A stretch of DNA of 32,000 nucleotides from NCBI RefSeq assembly GCF_000172995.2, contig NC_014736.1, positions 150,001 to 182,000 of the forward strand, in the 5' to 3' direction. Below are positions 23,275-32,000 of this stretch, piece after piece (the first letter of the stretch is position 1; each line of letters starts with the position of its first letter). The position numbers and the translations under genes were made by a program. The notes beneath the pieces were generated by a model, which had not been told where the DNA came from, searched no databases, and was given only the letters and a program-made list of their open reading frames with translations. Origin of the DNA: Halogeometricum borinquense DSM 11551 (GTDB taxonomy: Archaea > Halobacteriota > Halobacteria > Halobacteriales > Haloferacaceae).

Positions 23275-24333
23275 ATGAACGCCCTCCAAACTAACACATC
23301 AGTAGTGTATACCGGAACAGATAACGGTACGCTGTACGCTGTCGATAGTCGTTCGGGAACCTCCAGATGGTCGTTTACAGCGCCATCCGGAGCGATCCAC
23401 TCCGCTCCAACAGTAATGGATGGTACGGTCTACGTCGGTGCAGGCGACGGAACGCTGTACGCTGTCGAAGCGACAGCCGGAACGCGTGCGTGGACGTTCT
23501 CCAAGCCAAGCGAACCAATCGTCTCGTCGCCGACCGTGTCGGGAAGTGCTGTGTATTTCGGTGCGGATGACGGCGTGCTGTATGCAGTTGATACAGAGAG
23601 CGGCGACCGAATCTGGACGTTCGACGAACCAACAGGCAAGGTGTCTTCGTCACCGACCGTTTCTGACGGAACTGTCTTTGTCGGCGCAGACGATAAAACG
23701 CTGTACGCAGTTGATGCAGACACTGGTGACCAAGTCTGGACGTTCGAAAAGCCCGTCGGTCCGGTCTCGTCGTCGCCAACCGTTTCGCAGGGCATCGTTT
23801 ACGTCGGGGCTGATGACCGGCGACTATACGCGGTTGACGCTGAGAGCGGCGAGCAAGTCTGGGTATCCGATGACCCGACTGGACCCGTATACTCGTCGCC
23901 GGAGGTAACTGATGGGACTGTTTTCGTTGGCTCGTGGGAGCGTCTGTTAGCTATCGACGCCGACACGGGGAACACAACGTGGACGGCCGACGTTCCGAGA
24001 ACTGGAATCGACTCCTCACCAACGGTCGTCGAAGGGGTCGTGTATGTGGGAGTTCTCGACGGCACGCTGCGAGCGCTTTCCGCCGAAGATGGAACAGAGC
24101 ACTGGTCGTTCACTGATCCCGCTGGCTTGATCGCATCTTCGCCGACCGTCTTGGAAGGAGTTGTCTACGTCGGAGCTACCGACGGATCGCTATACGCGGT
24201 CGAGTCAGCTTCTGGCGAACAACGGTGGGAGTTCACTGACCCCGACGCGGGTCTTTTTTCGTCTCCGACAGTCGTCTCATCCCTCGAAGCTGCAACTAGT
24301 GCGGGAAGCCGGGTAGATTTCGCGTACCAATGA
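23275..24333 (+). CDS. PQQ-like beta-propeller repeat protein (about 8 blades), no signal peptide seen
   Basis: Eight repeats of about 40 aa, of the form GTLYAVD..TG...W.F.......SSPTV..G.VYVG..D. ATG at 23275; the track start at 23257 is TTG. Confidence 0.75.
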   Translation: MNALQTNTSVVYTGTDNGTLYAVDSRSGTSRWSFTAPSGAIHSAPTVMDGTVYVGAGDGTLYAVEATAGTRAWTFSKPSEPIVSSPTVSGSAVYFGADDGVLYAVDTESGDRIWTFDEPTGKVSSSPTVSDGTVFVGADDKTLYAVDADTGDQVWTFEKPVGPVSSSPTVSQGIVYVGADDRRLYAVDAESGEQVWVSDDPTGPVYSSPEVTDGTVFVGSWERLLAIDADTGNTTWTADVPRTGIDSSPTVVEGVVYVGVLDGTLRALSAEDGTEHWSFTDPAGLIASSPTVLEGVVYVGATDGSLYAVESASGEQRWEFTDPDAGLFSSPTVVSSLEAATSAGSRVDFAYQ

Positions 24334-25616
24334 AACGACGCGAACTGTTAGCGGCGTCCGGGACAGTGCTGACTGTGAGTGTGACTGGCTGTGCTGCGCC
24401 TCGAAGCGGCCAAGATGTGAGTTCTGGGAATTCAGCTTCCGGTACTCCAAACCGTTGGTCGATGTTCTTGCACGATAGTACGCACCAACGGGCGTTCACC
24501 AGCGAACGCGCCGTCGTAGCGCAACCATCGATTCGGTGGTCCTCGGAGACTGACGGTGCGGTGTGGTCGAGTCCGGTCGTTGCAGATGGGATGTTATACG
24601 TCGGGTGTTACGACGGGAATCTGTATGCGATGTCGAGCGAGACGGGTAACCTGCAGTGGCGATACCAAACAGGGGACCGGATTGATGGAAGTCCCGCAGT
24701 CGCAAACGGGATGGTCTACTTCGGCTCCTTCGATAGGAATATCTACGCGCTCGACGCGAAAACCGGCGAGGAACGGTGGATATACGGAACGCGTGGAATC
24801 GTCCGGAGTAGTCCGACTGTGAAGAATGGCGTCGTGTATATTGGTGCGCACTGTCGGACAGAGGAGTGTAACGCATACTACGATGTGCAGTGGCCTGAAA
24901 CGGGCTATCTCTATGCATTCGACGCCGAGACTGGTCGTCTGCTGTGGCAACACGAAACGAACGATGGCGTGATCAGTTCGCCTGCGGTCCTTGATGGGAC
25001 CGTGTACGTCGGTAGCTCTGATGCAACGCTGTACGCTCTCGACGCCGCTACGGGCGACATACTGTGGCGTTTCGACGCGGATGGCCCGATAATGAGTAGT
25101 CCGGTCCTTGACGATGGCCGCGTCCTCTTCGGCACCGTCTCGGGAGTGCTCTATTCAGTCCGTGCTAAGTCTGGCGACCTCCAGTGGTCCTTTGACTTGA
25201 ATCGAAGCCGCGGCGGCGGTGTTGAACTGTCGCCGGTCATCACGTGCTCGCCTGTCGTCAGTGACGAGACGGTGTACGTGGGATCGATGGTCCCCGGTGA
25301 CGAGATCATTGGGAAACTGTACGCTGTTTCCTCGGCTAACGGAACTCCGCGCTGGGCCGAGTCGAGGTTCGCACAGGCAATCGGGAGTAGTCCGGTCGTT
25401 GTGAACGATGTCGTCTGCTTCGGAGCCCATATCTTTGGCCCGTCTGCGAACGTTGAATCCGGGCTCTATGCTGTCGATAGCGACGGCAGTATCCAGTGGA
25501 GTATTACCTATGATGGAACCGAACACAACGGATTCGGGAGTAGTCCGGCTGTCGTCGGTACGACGCTGTATATCGGTAGCACGGAGAGTCACGTCCTCGC
25601 ATTCGATCTGGCATGA
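24330..25616 (+). CDS. PQQ-like beta-propeller repeat lipoprotein with Tat-type signal
   Basis: The N-terminus MKRRELLAASGTVLTVSVTGC has a twin-Arg motif plus a lipobox Cys. Repeats of the form LYA.D..TG...W.......SSP.V. Its ATG overlaps the upstream stop (ATGA at 24330-24333). Confidence 0.8.
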   Translation: MKRRELLAASGTVLTVSVTGCAAPRSGQDVSSGNSASGTPNRWSMFLHDSTHQRAFTSERAVVAQPSIRWSSETDGAVWSSPVVADGMLYVGCYDGNLYAMSSETGNLQWRYQTGDRIDGSPAVANGMVYFGSFDRNIYALDAKTGEERWIYGTRGIVRSSPTVKNGVVYIGAHCRTEECNAYYDVQWPETGYLYAFDAETGRLLWQHETNDGVISSPAVLDGTVYVGSSDATLYALDAATGDILWRFDADGPIMSSPVLDDGRVLFGTVSGVLYSVRAKSGDLQWSFDLNRSRGGGVELSPVITCSPVVSDETVYVGSMVPGDEIIGKLYAVSSANGTPRWAESRFAQAIGSSPVVVNDVVCFGAHIFGPSANVESGLYAVDSDGSIQWSITYDGTEHNGFGSSPAVVGTTLYIGSTESHVLAFDLA

Positions 25617-25829
25617 CCCGCGCGGGTCGTCTTTGCTGCCGTGTTTGTGGTTACCGATACGTCTCCTCTCTTGTGACGCAAGCCGCAGATATGTTCGTTA
25701 ATTCTGGCTAACCGGGCGTCGTGAGAAATAAAAATCGGCTCAAAAGCCCGTTTAAACGGGAGTAACCCGACTAAATTGGGCTGGACGGCTATCCCCATTG
25801 AAGTACCGATAGGCCATTCGACGACCTGT

Positions 25830-26981
25830 ATGTCACGACAGACTCTCCAAGCGCTCCTCGTAGCCAGTGTGGTTCTCCTCGCTGGCTGTGCGGGTGGGAT
25901 CTCCGGTTCACCCGGATCCCCGACAACGAATTCCCCAACTACGGACGCGGATCAGACCACCTCCTCACCGACATCAACGTCGCCTGACGCAGGTACGGTC
26001 GCCTTCTACATCAGTGACGAAGAGAACGCAATCAGCGACTTCCAGCATCTCAACGTGACCGTTACGCGCGTCGGCTTCGAACGCGCGGGTACAGACGGTG
26101 GCGGCTGGGCCGAACGCGAGGTTGACAACGAGACAGTCGATCTGACGACGCTCCAAGGCGCGAACGCCACGCTCGTTAATCAGTACACCATCCAGAATGG
26201 CACCTACAGCAAGGTGTTCGTGCACGTCAGTAACGTGAACGCGACGCTCCAGAACGGTGAACAGGTACGCGTGAAGCTCCCGAGCGAGAAACTCCAACTC
26301 ACGAACGATTTCACCGTCACCAGCGGCTCCGATGTGGACTTCGTCTTTGACATCACGGTCCACAAGGCTGGCAACAGCGGAAAGTACATTCTCAAGCCGG
26401 TCATCAGCGAATCCGGAACCGACGTTCCGATCAAACCGACCGGTAACGAAGAACGGCGTGAGGACCTGAAACTCCAGTTCGTCGGCAATCTCTCGCAGAG
26501 TGCGAACGCCACTGTTGAAGTCACCCGCGACGGAGAGGCGGTTGCGAACGCGACCGTCCTCGTCAACGAAGAGGATGTCGGCACGACCGATTCGAACGGC
26601 CGGGTTACGTTCGGTGTCCCTCGTGACGAGAACCTGAAAGTCACGGTCACGAAAGATGACCACCAGGCCGAACTCGAAGTGACGCTCGACCACGACAGCG
26701 AAACAGATAACCAAGCAGGTGAGAAAGCCGATGCGGAACTGAATGCAACGTTCGTCGGCACTGTCTCACAAGGCGAAAATGCGACGCTGAGCGTGACGCA
26801 GAACGGTAGTGCTGTCGAGAACGCGACGGTCGTCGTGAACGACGAGACTGTTGGAACCACCGATACGGATGGCAAACTCACAGTTGCAGTCCCCAACGCG
26901 GACACCCTGACGGTGGTTGCACAGGTTGACGATGCGGAGGTCGAACTCGAATACGAATTCGAGTCCGACGATAACAGCTAA
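25830..26981 (+). CDS. DUF4382-like surface lipoprotein with two C-terminal CarboxypepD_reg-like repeats
   Basis: ATG at 25830, MSRQTLQALLVASVVLLAGC (lipobox). Ser/Thr/Pro linker. FQHLNVTVTRV...YILKPVI matches my memory of DUF4382. Two domains of about 85 aa each (EVTRDGEAVANATVLVNEEDVGTTDSNGRVTF and SVTQNGSAVENATVVVNDETVGTTDTDGKLTV). Confidence 0.75.
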   Translation: MSRQTLQALLVASVVLLAGCAGGISGSPGSPTTNSPTTDADQTTSSPTSTSPDAGTVAFYISDEENAISDFQHLNVTVTRVGFERAGTDGGGWAEREVDNETVDLTTLQGANATLVNQYTIQNGTYSKVFVHVSNVNATLQNGEQVRVKLPSEKLQLTNDFTVTSGSDVDFVFDITVHKAGNSGKYILKPVISESGTDVPIKPTGNEERREDLKLQFVGNLSQSANATVEVTRDGEAVANATVLVNEEDVGTTDSNGRVTFGVPRDENLKVTVTKDDHQAELEVTLDHDSETDNQAGEKADAELNATFVGTVSQGENATLSVTQNGSAVENATVVVNDETVGTTDTDGKLTVAVPNADTLTVVAQVDDAEVELEYEFESDDNS

Positions 26982-27007
26982 GCGCCGCGTATCCTTCCGG
27001 CTATCTC

Positions 27008-27013
27008 TTTTTT
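27008..27013 (+). terminator. oligo-T (T6) tract about 27 nt after the lipoprotein stop
   Basis: ctcTTTTTTct, flanked by the inverted 7-mers CCGCGTA and TACGCGG. Confidence 0.3.
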
Positions 27014-27176
27014 CTACGCGGTCGGCAGTACGTCATGCGATACTGACCGCCGGTGACGGTACTGATAGAGCGTTTTCCAATTACCGCTGTAATTCTGTTT
27101 CAAATTCCGTCACGTTGCTCATATTTCTCATCCCCAGCCCCAAACCGTTTGATGCTGTCGTCCGTCTCTCTACATT

Positions 27177-28709
27177 ATGGTCACTGCCTGCAAGTACCAC
27201 GAACAAACGAAACATACTCCAGAACGCGTCCGAACTAACACGTTCTCGCTCGATTTCGAGAATAAACCGCGACCATACAAGATCTACGAGGACATCTCAC
27301 AGATTTCGCTCGGGGAGTCACTCCAGTCACTCGACAAACCAGCGCTAGCTGCAATCGCCACTTCGTCACCTGAACCACGTCTGGATGCTGATCCGCCATC
27401 GCTCGACGCGCAGTCGCTCCAAACGCTCTGTCACTATGCGACAGGTGTGACCAAGACGTTGAAAAGGCGGGGCCGGAAAATGCGCTTTCGGGCCGCTGCC
27501 TGTACGGGAAAGCTCTACCACGTTGATCTCTATGCCGTCATCGGTGCTGTCGATGGTCTTGATCCCGGCGTCTACCATTTCGATCCGGATACCGAGTCGT
27601 TTGACGTGCTTCGGGTGGGTGATTATCGCGGTGTACTCGCACAGGCGACAGACGACTTCTCGGCGGTTGCGAACGCACCGATGACGTTCGTCGCTACCTC
27701 TCAGTGGTGGCGTAATGCGTGGAAGTATCGCAACCGAACCTACCGTCACGCGTTCTGGGATTCCGGGACGATTCTCGCTACTCTGCTGGCTGTCGCATCT
27801 GCTCTCGGCCACGAATCGTCGGTCGTCGCCGGTTTCGCGGACGAACCTGTGGTGCGTCTGCTCGGTATCGATCCGGAAGAAGAAGCGCCGCTCGAACTTG
27901 TGCCGGTCGGGTCCGGGAGTCCAGCACCGGACGCACAGGACATCGAACAGATCGACCCCGACGAAGTCCCGCTGTCGGATCATGTCGTTGCATACCCGCT
28001 CGTCTTTGACGCTTGGCGACAGAGCACACTTGGGGATAATGAGGCCGTCCGTGCGTGGCGTCAGCAGTTCACCGAGGTTGACGACCACGCGTTTGGGACA
28101 CACGACCGGGGCGATGGCCGACTGGTCACACTTGACCCCGTTGACACTTCGACCGCGTCCAGTCGTCCAGTCACGACGACCATCGAACGTCGCGGATCGC
28201 TGCGTGAGTACAGTCATGACGCTATTAGCGACCGCAAAGTCGCCACGATTCTGGACCGGGCGCTCAGGGGCGTTCCAACCGATTGCGGCGAGGCCGCTTC
28301 ACACCTCGTGGATTACTACTGCCTCGTTCACGCCGTCGAGGGTATCCCGAGCGGCGCGTACCAGTATCATCCCGAAGCAACCGTTCTCGAACGCCTCGGT
28401 GAAACCAGCCGGCAAACCGCTGGTCATCTCGCACTCGACCAAAGCGTCGTCGGCGAGGCCGCTGTAAACGTGTACATAATGGCGGATGTTGACTCCATCG
28501 TCGAGCAGGTCGGTAACCGTGGCTATCGACTGGCACAACTGCTGGGCGGTATCAGCCTTGGACGACTCTATCTTGCGACGTACGCTCATCGGACGCTGGG
28601 TGGACGCGGCTTCACGTTCTACGATGACCTAGTCTCCGAACATCTCTCGCCACGTGCAGCGAACCAGACTCCGATGACGCTTTTTGCGTTCGGAAAGCGA
28701 GTGGAATAG
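27177..28709 (+). CDS. SagB/ThcOx-type dehydrogenase (double nitroreductase-fold protein)
   Basis: The N-terminus YHEQTKHTPERV is the signature start of SagB-type dehydrogenase domain proteins as I recall them. 510 aa with two nitroreductase-like halves (YRHAFWDSG...; YRLAQLLGGISLGRLYL). Confidence 0.75.
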   Translation: MVTACKYHEQTKHTPERVRTNTFSLDFENKPRPYKIYEDISQISLGESLQSLDKPALAAIATSSPEPRLDADPPSLDAQSLQTLCHYATGVTKTLKRRGRKMRFRAAACTGKLYHVDLYAVIGAVDGLDPGVYHFDPDTESFDVLRVGDYRGVLAQATDDFSAVANAPMTFVATSQWWRNAWKYRNRTYRHAFWDSGTILATLLAVASALGHESSVVAGFADEPVVRLLGIDPEEEAPLELVPVGSGSPAPDAQDIEQIDPDEVPLSDHVVAYPLVFDAWRQSTLGDNEAVRAWRQQFTEVDDHAFGTHDRGDGRLVTLDPVDTSTASSRPVTTTIERRGSLREYSHDAISDRKVATILDRALRGVPTDCGEAASHLVDYYCLVHAVEGIPSGAYQYHPEATVLERLGETSRQTAGHLALDQSVVGEAAVNVYIMADVDSIVEQVGNRGYRLAQLLGGISLGRLYLATYAHRTLGGRGFTFYDDLVSEHLSPRAANQTPMTLFAFGKRVE

Positions 28710-28752
28710 GTACTTCGTCGATGGTGAATGAGTATGAGTTGTTAACCTAGTT

Positions 28753-29037
28753 TCACCGGTGGAGGAAGCATTCTCCACCACCCAATACGAGATAGAAGAC
28801 GACGTAGAGGGATGTAAGTCCACTCGCATAGAATCCGAGACCGAACACGGTTTCAGTGGTTAGGATACCGTTCACGAGACCGTAAGCGGCCCACCCGAAG
28901 ACGATGAGGCTGAGTATCGAAAGCGGAGAGTGAAGCCTTCGGATATAGCCAGCATTCACCGATGTGTATCTTGGGGCGATTGCCAACGTATTCTCTAAGA
29001 TACGAAAAATAACTCCAGCTACACTAGATTTCTGCAT
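28753..29037 (-). CDS. small membrane protein (94 aa)
   Basis: ATG start. Two to three hydrophobic segments (ILSLIVFGWAAYGLV, GLGFYASGLTSLYVVFYLVLG). Lies in an AT-rich spacer. Weak call. Confidence 0.4.
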   Translation of the reverse strand: MQKSSVAGVIFRILENTLAIAPRYTSVNAGYIRRLHSPLSILSLIVFGWAAYGLVNGILTTETVFGLGFYASGLTSLYVVFYLVLGGGECFLHR

Positions 29038-29253
29038 TCAAGCTATAATTTTACACTGTGACACCACTATCGTTGTAATCAATTGGTAGTTTTGATCCTC
29101 CTTTTTGGCATGTAAAATACTATCTCCAGTTGACCCAATACAGTACCTGTTTTTGAATTTGATCCAAAAATAACATGCTCTGTACAGCATCTTCCGAAAA
29201 CGACGAGAGACGCGACCCTACGCGTTCACGGACAAAATAAAACAAGAACTGCG

Positions 29254-30639
29254 TTAGTCGTCGGCGGTCGATGCGATATTCTTGCGGAGGTCGTTCTCGA
29301 TTGCTTCGAGAGAGCGACCTTTCGTCTCCGGAACGAGTGCGTAGGTGAAGACAAGGGCAACAAGGCTACACACACCGAAGACCCAGAACGTCGATGGCGT
29401 TCCGAGATTAGCGGTCATCACCGGGAACATGAGCGACACGAGGAGATTCGCGCCCCAGTTGGCGACGGTAACTATCCCCATTGCACTCCCGCGGACGGCA
29501 AGCGGGTAAATCTCGGAGATGAGGAGCCAGAAAACCGGTCCAAGTCCGATGGCGAAAAAGGCCACGAACAGCATGAGGCTGACCGTTGCGATGATACCGA
29601 GTCCACCCGAGAATCCTGGTAGGTAGAAGACGGCACCGAGGATTCCCAGTGTGACGACCATGCCGCCGACACCGGTGAGGAGGAGCGCCCGCCGACCGAC
29701 GCGGTCGATGAGCGCGATTGCAACGATAGTCATCACGACGTTGATAACCCCGATGCCTACCGTTGCGAGGATCGACGTTGCATTTCCGAACTCGGTCGAT
29801 TCGAGGATTGTCGGTGCGTAGTAGATGACGGCGTTGATGCCGGTCACCTGCTGGAAGACGGCGAGTCCGAGGCCCACTACGAGCGCCGGACGGAGCCACG
29901 GTTCGAGGAGGTCGCGCAATCCGGTATTCGATTGCTTCGAGACGGTTCCACGAATCTCCTCGAGTTCTTTTTCGACGTCGCCACTTCGCGTCTGCTGGAG
30001 GATAGCACGTGCTTCCGCTTCCTTACCGTGCTCGAAGAGCCAGCGCGGGCTCTCCGGCATTTTGAGGATTCCGATAGCGAGGATCACGGCAGGGACCATC
30101 CCTGCTCCGAGCATGGCTCGCCACGATTCGCTATCGGCGAGGGCGAAGTTCACGAAGTACGACGAGAGGATGCCCACAGTAACCATAAGCTGGTTCAACG
30201 ACGTGAGCGCCCCGCGGATTTTGGGCGGTGCGATTTCCGAAATGTAGAGTGGGCCGACAATCGAGGCGAATCCGATTGCGACGCCGTCGATAAGTCGTCC
30301 AGCTACCAGTACCGGAACGTTTGGCGCAACCGCCATCGTGAGCGACCCGATGAAGAAGACGATTGCACTGATCAGGATGAGCCGTCGGCGACCCAGTCGG
30401 TCTGCGAGTTTTCCACCGACCGCAGCGCCAACTGCTGCACCCGCCATTGCACCGCTGACGACAATCCCCTCCACCAACGAGGACATCGTGAATTCATTTT
30501 CGATAAACAGGAATGCTCCCGAAATGATCCCTGTATCGAACCCGAACAATAGCCCGTTGAGAGCGGCCAACGCGGCGGTGACGTACACGAATCGACCACC
30601 ACCTCCGCTCAGAATGTCCTGTATATTAGAGGTTGACAT
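29254..30639 (-). CDS. MFS sugar-porter family transporter
   Basis: Motifs GFDTGIISGA, DRLGRRRLILI, PESPRWL, PETKGRSLE. ATG at 30639 (MSTSNIQ...); the track start at 30657 is TTG. Confidence 0.88.
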   Translation of the reverse strand: MSTSNIQDILSGGGGRFVYVTAALAALNGLLFGFDTGIISGAFLFIENEFTMSSLVEGIVVSGAMAGAAVGAAVGGKLADRLGRRRLILISAIVFFIGSLTMAVAPNVPVLVAGRLIDGVAIGFASIVGPLYISEIAPPKIRGALTSLNQLMVTVGILSSYFVNFALADSESWRAMLGAGMVPAVILAIGILKMPESPRWLFEHGKEAEARAILQQTRSGDVEKELEEIRGTVSKQSNTGLRDLLEPWLRPALVVGLGLAVFQQVTGINAVIYYAPTILESTEFGNATSILATVGIGVINVVMTIVAIALIDRVGRRALLLTGVGGMVVTLGILGAVFYLPGFSGGLGIIATVSLMLFVAFFAIGLGPVFWLLISEIYPLAVRGSAMGIVTVANWGANLLVSLMFPVMTANLGTPSTFWVFGVCSLVALVFTYALVPETKGRSLEAIENDLRKNIASTADD

Positions 30640-31080
30640 TATGGGACTCCATCCCAATAGTTACTACATTAGTTAAGAAATCTTTTGATTCATTATCAAT
30701 GTATAATTGTGTGGATCTATCTCATTTTTTAATGAGAGTGAGTTATCACCAATCCTATTGTAAACACGACTAGCACTGATTACAAAATCTCATTTCACGA
30801 ACCAGTATTGGTCTGTTGACAATAGAATCTTCGTGTTCGATAACGCCGTACGCAGACGTGTCGAATTCTCCCCTATATTGGTCTAGGGAGTGGATCATAC
30901 TTTCATACAGGATTTCTAGAAATAGTAATGCTGATTTGTATTCTGAACTTTACTATCCCATTCTCAGATGATGTCTTTAGCGGTGATGGGACGTAATCAG
31001 GTTCCCCGGCAAAGAGTAGCTACTAGCAGTGAACCAGAATACAAACGACCAAACCACGTGTGAACAAATACACCGTACTG

Positions 31081-32000
31081 ATGTCGGACAGTGTCGTGAC
31101 TCGCGTTGCAACTTTGGTTGATGAATATCTCCTGATCTGGGTACTTCTCTCAGTCGGCGTCGGGCTGGCCGTCCCGTCAGTAGCAGTTCTTACGCCACTG
31201 TCGACGCCAATTCTGGCGGTTATGATCGGTGCGGTTTCACTAACACTTGCTCCCGAGCGATTTCGTCAACTTCGCAGTCCGGTTTTGCTCACGATTCTCG
31301 TCGTGCAGACTGGGATGCCCTTGCTTGCGTTTGCCATTGCCCGGACGTTTGGCCTTTCCCCTGCACTTACGGCCGGATTTGTGGTCCTTGGCGCAGTGAC
31401 GCCCGAACTCGTGACGCCAACGATGACTGAACTCAGCGGGGGCGATACCGCCCTCGCAACGGTCATCCTTGTCGTTGTCGGCCTCGGTACACTCGTGTTC
31501 GTTCCTGGGGTCGTCACCGTTTTGCTGGGCGCATCGGTTTCGGTTGATCCACTGCTAATCGTCGAACAGTTGTTGCTCGCTGTGGTTCTCCCAATGAGTC
31601 TTGCGGTCGGGGTCCGATACCGGTGGTCAGACCGCATCGGACAGTATGACGACCTCTATCCGTCGGTGTCGGGACTCATGGTGATTCTCATCATCGGAAT
31701 CGTCGCTGCAGCGAACGCATCGCTCGTTCGTAATGGCGGTGCAGTACTCCGCTTGGTCACGCTCGGCGCAGTCGTTCTCAATTGTACTGGTTACGCTACC
31801 GGGTGGCTCGTGGGTTGGAACTTCACTCGTGAAGAGCGTATCGCTGCGACGCTTTCGGTCGGGATGCGTGACTTCGCCGTGGCGGCCGCCCTGCTTGTCG
31901 GAGCGGGCTTTCCGACGGCGGCAACACTCCCAGCGGTCGTCTTCGGGATCATCGAAATGACGACGAGTGCGGGACTCGCAAAGTGGTTCAGTCGACCACG
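31081..32000 (+). CDS. bile acid:Na+ symporter (BASS/SBF-like) family transporter, partial (runs off the right edge)
   Basis: ATG at 31081. I translated to nt 31998 by hand and found no stop. Multi-TM, Leu/Val/Ala-rich, and it looks like an SBF-family transporter. Absent from the ORF track because it has no stop in the window. Confidence 0.6.
   Translation, partial: MSDSVVTRVATLVDEYLLIWVLLSVGVGLAVPSVAVLTPLSTPILAVMIGAVSLTLAPERFRQLRSPVLLTILVVQTGMPLLAFAIARTFGLSPALTAGFVVLGAVTPELVTPTMTELSGGDTALATVILVVVGLGTLVFVPGVVTVLLGASVSVDPLLIVEQLLLAVVLPMSLAVGVRYRWSDRIGQYDDLYPSVSGLMVILIIGIVAAANASLVRNGGAVLRLVTLGAVVLNCTGYATGWLVGWNFTREERIAATLSVGMRDFAVAAALLVGAGFPTAATLPAVVFGIIEMTTSAGLAKWFSRP

Noticed and set aside
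25747-25760. Short perfect palindromes: CCCGTTTAAACGGG (25747-25760), TCTCATTttttAATGAGA (30720-30737), GTTGACGCA...TGCGTCAAC (20686-20725) and CCTATTCtggGAATAGG (5732-5748).
   Set aside because: Stems of 7-9 bp with flexible loops are expected several to tens of times by chance in 32 kb. Without conservation or transcript data they are not evidence of function. The first one may simply contain a TTTAAA TATA box.
25974-26905. Two long minus-strand ORFs (25974-26714 and 26204-26905).
   Set aside because: They are antisense to the lipoprotein gene. The plus-strand frame has a lipobox signal, a DUF4382-like core and duplicated domains. The minus-strand frames have none of these.
27366-28467. 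A 283-aa minus-strand ORF and a 250-aa off-frame plus-strand ORF inside the SagB-type gene.
   Set aside because: The products are basic and Arg/Ser-rich. The 27177 frame carries the YHEQTKH signature and an acidic composition.
1-32000. I looked for CRISPR arrays, rRNA/tRNA genes, IS elements or transposases, reverse transcriptase/DGR components, and known defence-system hallmarks (helicase-nuclease pairs, methyltransferases, Cas genes).
   Set aside because: None were found by eye. The only regularly spaced repeats are the ORBs, the coding tandem repeats and the 15-bp array, and none of them has a CRISPR-like repeat-spacer structure.

Overview
Haloarchaeal-type DNA (class Halobacteria). Support: acidic predicted proteins, Orc1/Cdc6, PCNA, a Bat/HTH_10 regulator, ORB repeats, and GC-rich genes separated by AT-rich spacers. 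All family calls are motif recognition by eye; no searches were run.

Layout:
(i) 1-6820: ten consecutive, tightly packed minus-strand genes. Most are unrecognisable. The rest are an 84-aa wHTH protein, a divergent PCNA and a short Orc1/Cdc6. This looks like a provirus- or plasmid-derived replicon module and it runs off the left edge.
(ii) 7666-8334: an orc-adjacent replication origin with eight ORB-like repeats, including a perfect 27-bp inverted pair around an AT-rich stretch. orc1/cdc6 follows at 8382-9620.
(iii) 9728-20652: an Arch-ATPase/DUF234-type ATPase-nuclease, a GNAT, then an acetate module. The module is acs, a regulator (degenerate integrase-like domain + GAF + BAT + HTH_10), a second acs, DUF4212 with a Na+/solute symporter, and Usp.
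(iv) 21414-32000: alpha/beta hydrolase, DoxX, two PQQ-like beta-propellers, a DUF4382-like lipoprotein, a SagB-type dehydrogenase, an MFS sugar porter and a partial BASS transporter.

I saw no rRNA, tRNA, CRISPR array, transposase or catalytically intact integrase.

Best candidates for something undescribed:
- the left ORFan block with its private Orc/PCNA pair, a Cys-repeat miniprotein coupled to the PCNA, and an Arg/Gln-rich repeat protein;
- the recombinase-like/GAF/HTH_10 regulator sitting between two mosaic acs paralogues.

Several tandem or phased repeats are not explained by the gene calls: 18-bp x4, 27-bp x3.5, (GTCT)5, 15-bp x4, and a 16-nt inverted pair.
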